From an uncultured Candidatus Saccharibacteria bacterium (GTDB taxonomy: Bacteria > Patescibacteriota > Minisyncoccia > Phycocordibacterales > UBA9988), in contig CAYNXC010000001.1 of NCBI GenBank assembly GCA_964401135.1, forward strand, positions 72,775 through 120,777: DNA of 48,003 nt, written 5' to 3'. Shown here one piece after another: positions 1-9,403 of this stretch. The notes beneath the pieces are model-generated. The model saw only the letters and a list, made by a program, of their open reading frames with translations, had not been told where the DNA came from and did no database searches. The position numbers and the translations under genes were made by a program. Positions within the stretch are counted from its first letter, which is position 1. Each line of letters starts with the position of its first letter.

Positions 1-55
1 AGGTCACTCCAGAGATGGTAAGTCTTGTTGTTGTCGCATTCGTGGAGGTGGAGTT
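1..55. repeat. Copy 1 of a 55-nt perfect direct repeat inside the surface-protein gene
   Basis: aggtcactccagagatggtaagtcttgttgttgtcgcattcgtggaggtggagtt is identical at 1..55 and 712..766. The offset is 711 nt (237 codons), so the copies are in frame. Both encode NSTSTNATTTRLTISGVT. Confidence 0.9.
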
Positions 56-1495
56 CGTACTAATGAGACCATTGAGTGTAGTGAGACCTGTGGTGGTGAG
101 CGTCTGCGCGCCAAGATTAACCGCTGAGGTAGCACCGGTGTATGGAATGTAGTTTGCGAGGGTAGTAGAGGTAGAGACCCACATTGGTGCTCCTGTTCCG
201 CCGCTCATTAAGATTTGTCCTGCGGTACCTGCGGCGGTGATTTCAAGTGAGTCTGCGTCAGAGTAGACGGCTCCTCCGGCAACGGCAGTGAGTGATTTGC
301 TGGTTCCGCCAGAGGCGAGTGAGAGAGTGCCACTTATGTTTGCGAGGGTGGTGGTAGCAACCCAGGTGGGAGTGCCTCCCACAAGTGCGAGAACTTGTCC
401 GTTAGTACCGGCTGACGTTGTAGCAAGTCTGCCAGTGCCGTTGCCTAAGAGAATGGAATTCGCCTGGAAGTTTGTCCATCCTGTACCGCCGTATGGTACT
501 CCGATGGTTGATGAGGAGAGATCCCACTTGTTATTAAATGTTGTCCAATCGGCAGCAGTGAGACAGCCAAACACAGAGCCTGATGCGGTGTCACAATCAA
601 AGTCATTGAGTGTACGGGTGAGACCATCGCCTGCGGTGAGTGATGACTCGTAGTCGGTGCCAGCAGTTGCGGCGCGTACCACACCAAGCGCGTCTGTCTT
701 GAGAAGTGATGAGGTCACTCCAGAGATGGTAAGTCTTGTTGTTGTCGCATTCGTGGAGGTGGAGTTTACCATCACTAAGTTAGTGATGGTGGAGGTGGCG
801 TTGTTGATAAGAATAGGCACTGATGAGGTGGGAGTGAGGACGCCACCAACTAATCGCCACTCTCTGAATGAGTCAGTGAGATAATCCACTCCTGCTTCTG
901 CGGTGGTAACAATGTTATTTACCTGTTTAAGCAGTCCGGAAAGAGAACCGATCCTAATGCGACTCGCATCAATGTAACCCGGGAATGTAGTTGTGCCGGA
1001 ACTTGAACCAACTGATCCCACATTCGGGATAGAGAAGGTTGAAGTTGCAATGAAGTCGGTACTTATGAGTCCTCCTAATTTTGCAGAATCAAGTGCATAG
1101 TGTGCAGAAGGGACCGAGCCGAGACGCTTGCGAGGAGACATCTCTCCATCGCCATTCACCTCAACGCCGAGATAGAGTGTCGTCTGACTCCAATCTACAT
1201 CCGCGGTTGATGACCCAGCACTACCAAGGAGAGTAGAAAAGAGACCGTTACTCACTGTGACCGAGTGAGTCTCGTCAAAGTAGGTAGTACCTCCAGAGGA
1301 GGCATCGTAGATACGAAAACGCACCGTGTAGGTACCATTAGCTACTGCTACATTACTCGCATTGGTGAGCTTGCCTTGGTAGTTAATCTGTGTGTTTGGA
1401 GCCGCATAAGCAGGCACAGCAAAGAAGCCAACTAGAACACTTGCAACTACTACCCACGCAACAAAGTGCCAGTGCGTGCGTTGCCTGTGATTCAT
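1..1495 (-). CDS. Large secreted repeat-rich surface protein with tail-fibre-like G/T/S-rich repeats. The N-terminus is present and the C-terminus runs off the window edge. It is absent from the supplied ORF track.
   Basis: The ATG at 1495..1493 (minus) opens a frame that I translated by hand without stops down to position 2 (498 codons). It begins MNHRQRTHWHFVAWVVVASVLVGFFAVPAYA/APNTQINYQGKL, which has a basic n-region, a hydrophobic core and an AxA-type cleavage site. Repeats follow, such as GTDYESSLTAGDGLT, CLTAADWTTFNNKW, GTNGQVLALVGGTPTWV and GTAGQILMSGGTGAPMWV. The + strand ORFs at 288..653 and 657..884 are antisense shadows. Confidence 0.7.
   Translation of the reverse strand, partial: MNHRQRTHWHFVAWVVVASVLVGFFAVPAYAAPNTQINYQGKLTNASNVAVANGTYTVRFRIYDASSGGTTYFDETHSVTVSNGLFSTLLGSAGSSTADVDWSQTTLYLGVEVNGDGEMSPRKRLGSVPSAHYALDSAKLGGLISTDFIATSTFSIPNVGSVGSSSGTTTFPGYIDASRIRIGSLSGLLKQVNNIVTTAEAGVDYLTDSFREWRLVGGVLTPTSSVPILINNATSTITNLVMVNSTSTNATTTRLTISGVTSSLLKTDALGVVRAATAGTDYESSLTAGDGLTRTLNDFDCDTASGSVFGCLTAADWTTFNNKWDLSSSTIGVPYGGTGWTNFQANSILLGNGTGRLATTSAGTNGQVLALVGGTPTWVATTTLANISGTLSLASGGTSKSLTAVAGGAVYSDADSLEITAAGTAGQILMSGGTGAPMWVSTSTTLANYIPYTGATSAVNLGAQTLTTTGLTTLNGLISTNSTSTNATTTRLTISGVT
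712..766. repeat. Copy 2 of the 55-nt perfect direct repeat
   Basis: Identical to 1..55. The flanks diverge immediately (cgtac versus tacca). Confidence 0.9.
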
Positions 1496-1585
1496 GTTGT
1501 TACAAGAAAAAGTATACCATTTCTGACTCTCAAAAAGACACGATCGTGTACGAAAATGGTGGATAAAAAAGAGAGGAAATTATGT

Positions 1586-3613
1586 TCAGTTAGGAGTAAA
1601 TTCTAAATCGTTCAAAAGCATCCCTGTAGGCATATGGATGACCTCTGAAGTAAATACTTTTTTATAGCTTCCATCCCCTTGTAACTCTTCAACACTCACC
1701 TTGTAATCACCCGGGCGCAAAAGCTGGTAAAAACGCCCCAGTTCATCACTCACAACCTTTGAAACAGTATCTGCAACACCGGGAATACTGAAGCGGATAA
1801 TTGCAAATGGAACTGGTTCTCCAGTCTGACTGTTTCTGACAGACACCACCTTGTGTCGTCCTCGCCAATACAGAGTAGAAACGAAGATGCCGCAATATAC
1901 TGCAACCACCCCTACATTAAACCACGCGGGACTAACAATGAGTGTGATGCACGCGGTGGAAAATCCAAGCACATAGAGCGTATTAAATATGCGCAGACGA
2001 AGTTGCTCCCGACGCGAGTGATACTTAACAAATTTGGACTTATTTTTTACAAATTCATTCCAGTCAAATCCAATCGGATCCATTGGGATATTCCTACTCA
2101 CGAGCTCCCCTTCTCCAACAATAATTTCTTCGCCAAAGTAGAGTTTGTCATAGAACTCATCTTCGCTCCGCCCACGGAGACGAGCAGAAGGGAACTGATA
2201 GTGAGTCTTGTTTGCAGATAGAGTATAGGTGCCAGGAGGGAGTAGAAATCCAAAACGGCCATCAATGTCAGTAATCACACTTTTGTACTCCTTATCCCAC
2301 CGCAGTGCAGAGACATAGGCTGGGTCTAGTGGCCGTTTTGTGATCGCATCGTATACTGTTCCCCATGGCGCATGACGACGACGCAAGCCGAAGGCTCCAA
2401 GCAATGCGCCAATGAGACGGAGTGAGAGTAGGTACAGATCGTAGAATGATCGCACATTGGACACGGCGAGTAATCCTTGCGCAAGTCCCGCTACCGCTCC
2501 CCCTGTGACTACAAAAGGTACCGCGACTGTAGTTGTAATGCGAAGGGCTAAAGGAACAGAGCTCGTGCTCACCACAAGATACCCATGTATCTTTTGCAGG
2601 CGACGATTTTCGTAATCAAACACATGCACGGTCACAGGGTAGCGACCAGGTCTTGAGAGTGTGCCCACGGTCGCACGGTATGCCCTCGTTGTACGATCTA
2701 TATGGAGGATAAAAGATGATGTCTGTTGAGTATTTTCAGCGTTATAGATGGTTACGCCGATCGTCTTCAGCACCTCCGGTAAATGTGTGTAGTCTATTGA
2801 AAAAGTCACTGGCGTATCACTCCGCACCCCAACATTATCTCCAAACAATTTTATACTACTACCTTGGATTACCTCGATAGTAAAGGTGGGTGATGATGGG
2901 CCCCCAGGGATAGAGGGGAAGGTCTCAAACACATCTGTCGGCTCGGTACCCTCTTCGTCTCCATGCTGAAGTAATACACTTGCGATAGCAGGGGAAGAAA
3001 CATCCCCCGCACGGCTGTATACATACGCTGCGTAGTAGTAGCGGGTATCAAGTATCAATCCTTCGTCGAGAGCAGTGGTCCCCCTCCCTTCGTACACAAG
3101 TACACCATCTGTAGGGCCAGAAGGGAGAGTGGGGGTACGGATAATACGCACACGATCAAAATTAAAGCCTGCACGATTCACAGGGTTGTCCCACGAGAGG
3201 GATGCCGTTTTTGTCTTACTGTCTCCCTGCGCAGTGAAATTTTCAACACCAAAAATAAATCGGCATGATCCGTCGTCTCGTGTTGCAATGGCTTGATAAT
3301 TCAAAGCACCTCTATCTGTACACCCTTGTACCGCATACACACAAAGACCAAGAGCTCCGTAGTTCTGTGCAGTTCGGTCTGTGCAGACCTCATCTCTATC
3401 GCCAGTCGAAGGTGGTTTAGGGGTCTCTTCCGAGCAATCGCTCGCACAGTTGCTTACTGTCTCATTACCAGTGCAGGCTCCGTCATTATTGCATGATGCT
3501 GTAACAGAGAGAGTGACATCTACCGAATCAGTCACTGCAAGTACAGGAAATGCAAAGGCGCTCCCTGTTGTCGCGAGAGCACAGAAGATAAACAAACGAA
3601 TAGCTTTGAACAT
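1586..3613 (-). CDS. Multidomain envelope protein: signal peptide, Cys-rich modules, an Fn3-like region, and two CarboxypepD_reg-like beta-sandwiches interleaved with transmembrane segments
   Basis: 675-aa ORF with an N-terminal signal (MFKAIRLFIFCALATTGSAFA). Two C-x-D-x-x-A-x-NY...C modules are present (VCTDRTAQNYGALGLCVY; GCTDRGALNYQAIATRDDGSCRF). The motif DIDGRFGFLLPPGTYTLSANKTHYQF and a second one, DELGRFYQLLRPGDYKVSVEE, resemble carboxypeptidase-regulatory-like domains. Hydrophobic helices lie between them. The gene is tightly packed with its neighbours. Confidence 0.6.
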   Translation of the reverse strand: MFKAIRLFIFCALATTGSAFAFPVLAVTDSVDVTLSVTASCNNDGACTGNETVSNCASDCSEETPKPPSTGDRDEVCTDRTAQNYGALGLCVYAVQGCTDRGALNYQAIATRDDGSCRFIFGVENFTAQGDSKTKTASLSWDNPVNRAGFNFDRVRIIRTPTLPSGPTDGVLVYEGRGTTALDEGLILDTRYYYAAYVYSRAGDVSSPAIASVLLQHGDEEGTEPTDVFETFPSIPGGPSSPTFTIEVIQGSSIKLFGDNVGVRSDTPVTFSIDYTHLPEVLKTIGVTIYNAENTQQTSSFILHIDRTTRAYRATVGTLSRPGRYPVTVHVFDYENRRLQKIHGYLVVSTSSVPLALRITTTVAVPFVVTGGAVAGLAQGLLAVSNVRSFYDLYLLSLRLIGALLGAFGLRRRHAPWGTVYDAITKRPLDPAYVSALRWDKEYKSVITDIDGRFGFLLPPGTYTLSANKTHYQFPSARLRGRSEDEFYDKLYFGEEIIVGEGELVSRNIPMDPIGFDWNEFVKNKSKFVKYHSRREQLRLRIFNTLYVLGFSTACITLIVSPAWFNVGVVAVYCGIFVSTLYWRGRHKVVSVRNSQTGEPVPFAIIRFSIPGVADTVSKVVSDELGRFYQLLRPGDYKVSVEELQGDGSYKKVFTSEVIHMPTGMLLNDLEFTPN

Positions 3614-3615
3614 AT

Positions 3616-4368
3616 CTAGAGTGTCATAGCTGTCGCTATAATCGTCGCTGTGTAGGCACCTGCGGCTTGATTTGCACTCGCTCCTACTTCAGCCTTCACC
3701 GTGACTGTTGTCGTAGCACCAGCAGGACTATTAGCACTTGCGGCACTTGCAACAGTAACATTACTTGTTGAGAAACCATCCCAACATGTGTCCGCGTTCG
3801 CGGTCCCTCCCGCTTGATTACAACTCGTCCCATTGTCTAAAAAACGAGTCGCGGTATCAGTTCCTCCAATGGTGTACCCAAACACCGCGGTACTTGCGGA
3901 CACAGTCCACGCATAATCTGGAATAGCCGCACTAGGGAGATAATCATCAAAATCACCCGCGGATGAAGAGAGTGCTGGGGTCCCTCCTGCTTTCACAAAG
4001 AGTGAGTACCCCGCTGCGTTATCGGTCTTCACTTGCCACTCAATATCACCACTTGTCGTAGCCCCATAGAGACCATTGATTTCAGAGAGGGTAAGGTCAT
4101 CTGGAGAAGAGATAGAGATGCTTGAAGAACTCATCTGTTGATACCCCGAATGTAGGTAGTATGTCGCGGAGTTTGAATCCCCGGTAGCTATCTCGCCAAG
4201 TGTACTCTCTGTTTTGTATGAGACAGAATTCCCGATACCACCTCCAAAGTTAACACTGTCAAACTCCATACGGTAACTCGTGCTCGAAGATACATAGGCA
4301 GAGAGAAGGAGTGGGCAAACACTAATCCCTATAAAAATGATCTGTCTCATATATTTGCCGCTTCTCAT
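3616..4368 (-). CDS. Secreted surface protein, possibly WxL-domain-like
   Basis: 250-aa ORF with a signal peptide (IIFIGISVCPLLLSAYVSS). It is Ser/Thr/Ala/Gly-rich. Motifs read by eye: DIEWQVKTDNAAGYSLFV, YAWTVSAS and the C-terminal AGAYTATIIATAMTL. The start overlaps the upstream stop as ATGA at 4365..4368. Confidence 0.5.
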   Translation of the reverse strand: MRSGKYMRQIIFIGISVCPLLLSAYVSSSTSYRMEFDSVNFGGGIGNSVSYKTESTLGEIATGDSNSATYYLHSGYQQMSSSSISISSPDDLTLSEINGLYGATTSGDIEWQVKTDNAAGYSLFVKAGGTPALSSSAGDFDDYLPSAAIPDYAWTVSASTAVFGYTIGGTDTATRFLDNGTSCNQAGGTANADTCWDGFSTSNVTVASAASANSPAGATTTVTVKAEVGASANQAAGAYTATIIATAMTL

Positions 4369-5231
4369 AGGCGTGAATGCTTAATCCTAACAAAAACTAG
4401 CCCTGAAAGCGTGAGAAGGACGAGGATCCCAATCCACCAAGGAGTATAGACGACCCACAGAGTACGGGTATCAATAATATCTTGGTATCCACGATTGAGC
4501 TCCAGCGTCACACGATAGAACCCGGGGATACCTGGGATCATAAGCATAAACTCCCGTGAGCGTTCCGAATCAGAAAGCACATACCAAGGGTCGACGCGAT
4601 ACTGTGCTCGGACACGCCCAAAGAGCGAGCGAATGGTGAGAATGCCATATGGATTTACCTGTACAGTACCTTGATTGTGGAAGCGCATGATAAGTGTTAG
4701 TCGTCGCGAAGTGGTGATACGACGATGGTTAGCAACATTGAAAAAGCTGAGCTCTCCAGAGGGGCGCAGATCTCCTGTAATGGTGATGAGTACTGGGACA
4801 GCGACGCGGGAAATAATTTGTGCCTGCGCAGTTCCATCTCTCCTTCGTTCATGCGTCAATAGGAGTACTGTAGCAAGACTCCCCGCCTTTATACCGGCTT
4901 GGGGCGCAAAAACAATCGGGATGCGCCCTTCCCCGTGAGGAGGGATGACAACCACTGGCTCTGGCACATCAATGAATGGGGGGACTGGACGCGCCAGCGC
5001 AAGGTCAGTATCCTCTATAGAGAGTCCTCTGTCGGTAGGACTCACTGCCTTAAGAGAAGTGCGTAAAGTCACCTCTTGGTCAGAAGTATTAGAGACAGTC
5101 ACGAGAAAAGATTGTCGCTCTCCAGGATCAATGAGTGCTTCAATCTTTGCAGGAGAAACAACAACTGCCGCAAAAAGATAATTTGGGACAAGGAGGAGAG
5201 AAAAAGCTAATAGTGTACGGAGAACAAACAT
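4365..5231 (-). CDS. Signal-peptide protein with a C-terminal TM anchor; architecture resembles DUF916/DUF3324 (CscA-like)
   Basis: The ORF track gives 4365..5282. The start at M18 (ATG 5231) removes the overlap with the upstream stop at 5233 and yields a classic signal, MFVLRTLLAFSLLLVPNYLFAAVVVSP. The motif IDPGERQSFLVTVSNTSDQEVTL looks like a beta-sandwich. The C-terminal anchor is WWIGILVLLTLSGLVFVRIKHSRL. Confidence 0.55.
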   Translation of the reverse strand: MFVLRTLLAFSLLLVPNYLFAAVVVSPAKIEALIDPGERQSFLVTVSNTSDQEVTLRTSLKAVSPTDRGLSIEDTDLALARPVPPFIDVPEPVVVIPPHGEGRIPIVFAPQAGIKAGSLATVLLLTHERRRDGTAQAQIISRVAVPVLITITGDLRPSGELSFFNVANHRRITTSRRLTLIMRFHNQGTVQVNPYGILTIRSLFGRVRAQYRVDPWYVLSDSERSREFMLMIPGIPGFYRVTLELNRGYQDIIDTRTLWVVYTPWWIGILVLLTLSGLVFVRIKHSRL

Positions 5232-5232
5232 A

Positions 5233-5997
5233 CTATCTTTCAAGCGGGACCATGATGTAGAGATACTCTTGTATCTTTCCACTCAAGAATACAGGACGAA
5301 TAATCCCTGACTTACCTGATGCATCCAACTCAACAGTTACATCATCAGAAAATGCTTCTTGGATATTTTTCACTGTGACTGCATCAGTCGCGGGATCACC
5401 GTTACTCTTTGTCACTACAATCCCTTGGTGCTGCCCGACACTGGTTGCAGTCATCTCGCGTAAGAGCTCTTTTTTTAATTCAGCTTTCAGTGCCGCGCGA
5501 TCAAGCGGAGGCAATTGCTCTGTAGCAGAATTGCCAGATACAAAACTCCCCCAATTATGTCGTATGAGATCAATGCTCATGCGGGCGAACGATGAGATGG
5601 TGTCCCACAATGCACGGAGTATGTTGAGCGGGACATCAAGAAGCAAAGCGGTCTGTGTTCCAATATGGAGAGAGGCGGAGAGCACAGTACTCTGGATGCG
5701 TTCCCCTGAGAGGGCTGCGTACAGCAATGCTGAATAGGTACTCCGTTCTATTGCGAGCGTCACTCCAAGCACACCAGGACGCCATGCACCACTCATGCCA
5801 AGAACAAAAAACGCATACACCGTCAGTGCTGTAGCAACATATAGTGGCAACTTTTTCTCATGTAGTATGAGAGAGCGTTTATGGTAGTTCTCCAGTGGGT
5901 AGTGACTCGCAGCTTGGGGGATGGAAGGGTCAGGAATATGAGCAAGCGGAATAGTGTCGATGCACAAGAAACTCCCGGTTTGCCGGTCTTCATCCAT
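5233..5997 (-). CDS. Hypothetical membrane-anchored protein, first gene of the surface operon
   Basis: 254-aa ORF with one hydrophobic helix (LPLYVATALTVYAFFVLGMSGAW). It abuts the next gene with a 1-nt gap. I recognised no motif. Confidence 0.45.
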   Translation of the reverse strand: MDEDRQTGSFLCIDTIPLAHIPDPSIPQAASHYPLENYHKRSLILHEKKLPLYVATALTVYAFFVLGMSGAWRPGVLGVTLAIERSTYSALLYAALSGERIQSTVLSASLHIGTQTALLLDVPLNILRALWDTISSFARMSIDLIRHNWGSFVSGNSATEQLPPLDRAALKAELKKELLREMTATSVGQHQGIVVTKSNGDPATDAVTVKNIQEAFSDDVTVELDASGKSGIIRPVFLSGKIQEYLYIMVPLER

Positions 5998-6023
5998 ATG
6001 CTTATTATATCGTCTATTGAAAG

Positions 6024-6063
6024 AAAAAACGCCCCTGTGCCTGTGGACATATTGGCGTTTTTT
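6024..6063 (-). terminator. Rho-independent terminator downstream of the DsbA-like gene
   Basis: The arms aaaaaacgcc (6024..6033) and ggcgtttttt (6054..6063) are complementary. On the minus strand the stem is followed by a T-run. Confidence 0.6.
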
Positions 6064-6072
6064 CTTTTTTAT

Positions 6073-6783
6073 CTATTTTTTGAGTGCTGAGTCTATCTTT
6101 TGCCTCATCTCTGCAAGCGGTACCGCCCCACCGACTGGAATGTACTCTCCCTTGGCAGTAATAATGATACTGAAGGGAGTCCCATCACCGCCAGAGTCCT
6201 GTGCATCTTGGGACTGCGCCGCTACCCGTGCTGAGTGTTTGCCGCTGGCAAGACAAGCTTCAAACTTTGTCTTGTCTAGACCAAGGGAGGCAGCAATCTT
6301 AGGAAGCTCTGCCGGGTCTAGTCCATCGTTTGACGGAGTTATCTCAAATACCTTGGTAATGTAGTCCCAAAATACCTCATCACCTCCCAGCTCACCTGCG
6401 CACTCTGCTGCTTCAGCTTCTTTGGAAGCTTTTGGGTGGAGATTAGTGAGTGGGAAATGCCGGTAGACCCAGCGCATCTTCCCATCCGCGCCATACTCAT
6501 CCATAAGCGATTGCATGGTCTGATGGAAGGTCTTGCAGAAAGGACACTCGAGATCAGAAAACTCTATCACCGTAACAGGAGCCTTTGCGTCACCTTGTAC
6601 ACGGTCTGTGTTACTCACTGGCGCAACATTCTTAACGAGATCAAGGATGTTAGGCTGAACGGCTCCATTGGGTACTGTCCCAGAAGTACCACGAGAGCTA
6701 CCAAAGAAGATGCCTACCGCGATGAGTGCACCAGCGATGATAATTGCCGCGGGGATCAGCACATTAGTTTTTTCTGTATTCAT
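6073..6783 (-). CDS. DsbA-family thiol:disulfide oxidoreductase (thioredoxin fold), membrane-anchored
   Basis: 236-aa ORF with an N-terminal TM helix (VLIPAAIIIAGALIAVGIFF) and the CPFC active site in VTVIEFSDLECPFCKTFH. Confidence 0.8.
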   Translation of the reverse strand: MNTEKTNVLIPAAIIIAGALIAVGIFFGSSRGTSGTVPNGAVQPNILDLVKNVAPVSNTDRVQGDAKAPVTVIEFSDLECPFCKTFHQTMQSLMDEYGADGKMRWVYRHFPLTNLHPKASKEAEAAECAGELGGDEVFWDYITKVFEITPSNDGLDPAELPKIAASLGLDKTKFEACLASGKHSARVAAQSQDAQDSGGDGTPFSIIITAKGEYIPVGGAVPLAEMRQKIDSALKK

Positions 6784-6830
6784 AACAACAGTATACAGAT
6801 TATATTAATAAAGGCAAACACTATATAGAC

Positions 6831-9332
6831 TCACTTCCCATGACACTTTTTATATTTTTTTCCACTCCCGCAGTGGCAGGGATCGTTGCGGCCAATCTTT
6901 TGTTCATTGCTTATTGCCGGTGAGGGAGCGGCAGATGAGACAGGGCCGCCTTCTCTAATTTGTGAAAGATCAATCACTGGAGTAAAGGTCTGCTGCGCAG
7001 GTACTAGGCGAGGTAAATGCTTGAGGATGGTATCAAAAAGAGAGAACTCCAGATCCTTGTAAAGTCGCAAACCTTCTTTTTTGTACTCCACCAATGGATC
7101 ACGCTGACCGTAAGCACGCAGAGATACCGAGCCACGCAGGTAGTCCATCGCCTCCAAGTGTTCAATCCACAAAGTATCCAAGGTCTCTAAAGCAAGCTGA
7201 CGCACTGCTTGCAAAAATGCATCTTCTCCCAGCTCTTTCTCCTTCTCCTCAACAAGCATCGTCACTTCCGCCGCCTCTCCTGTGGTGCTAGCATGATCTT
7301 TCAATCGGCCAACAAACTCAAGCAAATACACCGGATCTCCAACAAGGAGCTTGCGTCGTCGTTCATACATCACCATACGCTGATGGTTCATCACATCATC
7401 GTATTCCAATACATGCTTGCGTGCGTCAAAGTTCAACCCCTCAATTTTATCTTGTGCATTTTCAATTATTTTACTAATCATACGCGCCTCCATCGGCTCA
7501 TCTTCCGCCACGCCAAAGCGGTCGTAAATCGCTTTAATACGATCACGACCGGGGCCAAACACACGGGCAAGATCGTCCTCCATAGAGACAAAAAATTGCG
7601 TCGTCCCCGGATCCCCTTGGCGCCCCGCGCGGCCGCGCAACTGATTATCTATGCGCCGCGCCTCATGCCGTTCTGTACCAAGCACAAAGAGACCCCCGAG
7701 TCCTTTCACAGTCTCATGCTCGGTAGGAGTCGCGAGCGCACCTCCTAATTTAATATCCACGCCACGGCCTGCCATGTTGGTAGCAATCACCACACTCCCC
7801 TTCCTCCCCGCATCGGCAATAATCTCTCCCTCCCGTTCGTGATTCTTTGCGTTCAAGACCTGGTGTGGGACTCCTTCTTTTGTGAGATAGGCAGAGATTA
7901 CCTCATTTTTTTCAATAGAAATTGAGCCAACCAAGACTGGTTGCCCTTTCTCATGTAGCTCACGCACACGGCGGACAACCGCGGTAATCTTTCCGCGCTC
8001 GTTCTTAAAAATCTGGTCAGAGAGATCGTTACGCTGACTCACAGTATTTGAGGGGATAGAGACCACATCCAATCCATACACCTTCCTGAACTCTTCTGCG
8101 CTCGTTGCGGCAGTACCGGTCATGCCGGAGAGCTTCCCGTACATTCTGAAGTAATTTTGGAAGGTGATGGAGGCGACAGTTCTACTCTCACGCTGTATTG
8201 GCACCCCCTCTTTAGCTTCAATTGCCTGATGCAATCCCTCCGACCAGCGTCGTCCCGGTTGGAGTCGTCCCGTAAATTCATCTACAATCACAATGGCCCC
8301 ATCCTTCACCACATACTCCCGATCACACTCAAATAGCGCCTTAGCACGGACTGCGGTCTCAAGGTGGTGCACATACTTCACCCCATGCTCGGTATACATA
8401 TTGTCTATACCAAGCTGTTTCTCCGCACGAGAGATGCCCTGCTCTGTCACAAAGATTGCTTTTGCTTTCTCATCCACAGTGTAATCTTCTCCAGGCACAA
8501 GAGTACGTGCAATCTGCGCAAATGTTTGGTAGAGCGATCCGGACTCTGCCGCAGTAGCGGAGATGATGAGCGGAGTGCGCGCTTCATCTATAAGAATAGA
8601 GTCAATCTCATCAACAATAGCGTAGGCATATTCTCGCTGCGCGAGATCTTCAGAACGGAAGGCGATGTTATCTCGTAGGTAATCAAAGCCATACTCATTG
8701 TTTGTCCCATAGGTAATGTCACAAGCATAAGCCTCTCGCTTAGAACAGGGAGAAAGAAATTCGTGCTCTATATGGTATGCACCCTGTTCATCTCGTGCTG
8801 TATCATTCGCGTTTGGGCGTGCACGATATTGGTACGCGCCAGTCTGTGTGATCACTCCGACAGAGAGACCGAGTGCATCATAAATTTGTCCCATCCACAC
8901 CGCATCACGACGCGCAAGATAATCATTTACCGTCACCACATGTACCCCCTCTCCTGTGAGCGCATTCAAGTACGCAGGAAGGGTCGCGACTAGCGTCTTC
9001 CCCTCCCCTGTCTTCATTTCTGCAATACCACCGCGGTGCATCACAATGCCACCCATTAACTGCACATCAAAATGGCGTTGTTTGAGTGTACGCTTGCTCG
9101 CCTCACGCACCAGCGCAAAAGCGTGAGTAAGCAGTTCGTCAAGTGGCGTCCCTTGTGCAAGCTTCTCTCTTAACCATAGTGTCTTTTTAGTTAATTCCTC
9201 AGGGGAGAGAAGGCTGTATTCCACTTCTAAAGCATTAATACCAGCGATGAGTGGCTCAAGAGAATCTACTGTGCGGCTTGATTTATTTCCAAATAATTCA
9301 GCTAACCATGACATGGCTTGACATTCTAGCAT
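6831..9332 (-). CDS. secA: Preprotein translocase ATPase SecA
   Basis: 833-aa ORF with the Walker A motif [12 protein letters not shown]-like [18 protein letters not shown], and the C-terminal zinc motif [14 protein letters not shown]. The likely true start is M7 (ATG at 9314, MSWLAELFG...). Confidence 0.95.
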   Translation of the reverse strand: MLECQAMSWLAELFGNKSSRTVDSLEPLIAGINALEVEYSLLSPEELTKKTLWLREKLAQGTPLDELLTHAFALVREASKRTLKQRHFDVQLMGGIVMHRGGIAEMKTGEGKTLVATLPAYLNALTGEGVHVVTVNDYLARRDAVWMGQIYDALGLSVGVITQTGAYQYRARPNANDTARDEQGAYHIEHEFLSPCSKREAYACDITYGTNNEYGFDYLRDNIAFRSEDLAQREYAYAIVDEIDSILIDEARTPLIISATAAESGSLYQTFAQIARTLVPGEDYTVDEKAKAIFVTEQGISRAEKQLGIDNMYTEHGVKYVHHLETAVRAKALFECDREYVVKDGAIVIVDEFTGRLQPGRRWSEGLHQAIEAKEGVPIQRESRTVASITFQNYFRMYGKLSGMTGTAATSAEEFRKVYGLDVVSIPSNTVSQRNDLSDQIFKNERGKITAVVRRVRELHEKGQPVLVGSISIEKNEVISAYLTKEGVPHQVLNAKNHEREGEIIADAGRKGSVVIATNMAGRGVDIKLGGALATPTEHETVKGLGGLFVLGTERHEARRIDNQLRGRAGRQGDPGTTQFFVSMEDDLARVFGPGRDRIKAIYDRFGVAEDEPMEARMISKIIENAQDKIEGLNFDARKHVLEYDDVMNHQRMVMYERRRKLLVGDPVYLLEFVGRLKDHASTTGEAAEVTMLVEEKEKELGEDAFLQAVRQLALETLDTLWIEHLEAMDYLRGSVSLRAYGQRDPLVEYKKEGLRLYKDLEFSLFDTILKHLPRLVPAQQTFTPVIDLSQIREGGPVSSAAPSPAISNEQKIGRNDPCHCGSGKKYKKCHGK

Positions 9333-9342
9333 CTCTCGGACG

Positions 9343-9384
9343 AAAAATAAAATCTCCCTCCGCCTTGGCGAAGGGAGATTTTAT
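9343..9384 (-). terminator. Rho-independent terminator between the micro-ORF and secA
   Basis: aaaatctccctccgcc (9349..9364) pairs with ggcgaagggagatttt (9367..9382) with one mismatch. On the minus strand the stem is followed by TTTTATTTTT. Confidence 0.7.
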
Positions 9385-9403
9385 TGTAGTGGTAGAAGAT
9401 AAA

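Noticed and set aside
1-766. Whether the 55-nt repeat pair is a diversity-generating retroelement TR/VR pair
   Set aside because: The copies are identical, with no adenine-specific mismatches. Both lie in the same gene, and no reverse transcriptase ORF is present anywhere in the window.
288-884. The + strand ORFs at 288..653 and 657..884, and the minus ORF at 445..687, from the ORF track
   Set aside because: They lie antisense to, or out of frame within, the long stop-free minus-strand frame that starts at 1495. That frame has a signal peptide and coherent repeats. The listed ORFs have Pro/Val/Ser-rich shadow-ORF composition.
1538-1549. 12-nt perfect palindrome acacgatcgtgt between the 675-aa gene and the giant surface-protein gene, considered as an operator or terminator
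   Set aside because: It is too short for a stable terminator stem, allowing at most 4 to 5 bp with a minimal loop. It occurs once, so there is no evidence for a regulator-binding function.
7209-7748. 179-aa + strand ORF, and other + strand ORFs within 6831..9332
   Set aside because: They lie antisense within secA, whose identity is unambiguous.
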